Assembly: GCA_050012755.1 (NCBI GenBank)
Contig: JBEKGO010000010.1
Location: 1-56,809 of the forward strand
DNA: 56,809 nucleotides
Direction: 5' to 3'
DNA from: Candidatus Bathyarchaeia archaeon
GTDB taxonomy: Archaea > Thermoproteota > Bathyarchaeia > Bathyarchaeales > Bathycorpusculaceae
Shown here: in pieces, positions 56,219-56,809 of the stretch
Numbering within the stretch: the first letter of the stretch is position 1
Layout of the letters: each line of letters starts with the position of its first letter
Position numbers and translations under genes: made by a program
Notes under the pieces: generated by a model
Databases searched by the model: none
What the model saw: the letters and a program-made list of their open reading frames with translations, nothing else
Told to the model about the DNA's origin: nothing

Positions 56219-56809
56219 GTGTCATCTATTATCGAAGACCTCATTGCAAGAAAAGTTTTCAACAATCGAGGAGAAGAAACAATTGAGGTCGACGTAATCA
56301 CTAATGGTGGTTTCGGCAGAGCAGCTGCTCCAGCTGGAAAAAGCCGTGGAAAAGCTGAAGTAATTTATTATCCGCAGGGTGGAGTTGAAGCAGCTATCAA
56401 AAAAGTTGATGATTTGATTGCTCCGGAACTTGCTGGCTTAAATTCTGATTATCAAGAAGAAATAGATAACACTCTTCACGAACTAGATGGAACCACAGAT
56501 TTCAAAAATATTGGAGGAAACACCGCGTTTGCGATTTCGTTGGCTAATGCTGAAGCTGCTGCAAACTCTCATGGGCTACTTTTATTCCAGTTTATTGGTG
56601 GAAACTCAGCAACCACCTTGCCTTATCCTCTTGGAAACTGCTTAAGCGGTGGTCAACATGCGAGGGGTAAAGGACCAGACATTCAAGAGTACTTAGCGTT
56701 GCCGCATGGCGCTGAAAGTTTTCTTGAAGCTCAAACAGCTAACACTCAAATTCACAAGAAACTGGGCGATGCGTTGAAAAAGAAGAGCAGCCAGTTTAAC
56801 GGTGGAAAA
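56219..56809 (+). CDS. eno: Enolase, 5' part (truncated by the window end)
   Basis: Not in the ORF track. Hand translation from GTG 56219: MSSIIEDLIARKVFNNRGEETIEVDV...GRAAAP...QEEID...LDGT...IGGNT...SLA...GGQHA...DIQEY. Confidence 0.88.
   Translation, partial: MSSIIEDLIARKVFNNRGEETIEVDVITNGGFGRAAAPAGKSRGKAEVIYYPQGGVEAAIKKVDDLIAPELAGLNSDYQEEIDNTLHELDGTTDFKNIGGNTAFAISLANAEAAANSHGLLLFQFIGGNSATTLPYPLGNCLSGGQHARGKGPDIQEYLALPHGAESFLEAQTANTQIHKKLGDALKKKSSQFNGGK

Noticed and set aside
1-56809. Pyrrolysine or selenocysteine read-through, tRNA/rRNA genes, transposases, integrases
   Set aside because: The recognised genes appear complete without read-through, and no tRNA arms, rRNA or recombinase motifs were seen by eye.

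Overview
Archaeal chromosomal segment, most likely Bathyarchaeia. This is inferred from the GPN-loop GTPase, MtrH-like and FrhB-like domains, archaeal TATA/BRE promoters, oligo-T terminators and several membrane-anchored PQQ-type beta-propeller proteins. No rRNA, tRNA, CRISPR array or transposase was recognised. From left to right it carries: (i) a STAND ATPase-TPR-Ig-KaiC-like multidomain gene; (ii) a ~40 kb corrinoid, radical-SAM and surface-protein region with cbiB, cbiZ, a cap-less corrinoid protein plus an MtrH-like methyltransferase, four radical SAM enzymes, three beta-propeller surface proteins, two GT-C-like membrane proteins and two Cys-rich TIM-barrel paralogs; (iii) housekeeping genes (htpX, cinA-like, bacterial-type metK, ridA, GPN GTPase); (iv) a polyphosphate cluster (CYTH, ppk1, CHAD-metallophosphoesterase-HD fusion, ppx, ppk2) and the start of eno. 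Two signals stand out. The first is a single-polypeptide RnfD-like membrane domain + RnfC-type 2[4Fe-4S] + FrhB (F420-binding) fusion with no other Rnf genes in the window. The second is a dispersed non-coding element in three copies, made of an exactly 10-bp-periodic array next to a fixed-spacing motif CCTGC-N19-TCAARAAARCAACC. All family calls come from motif recognition by eye; no database search was run.
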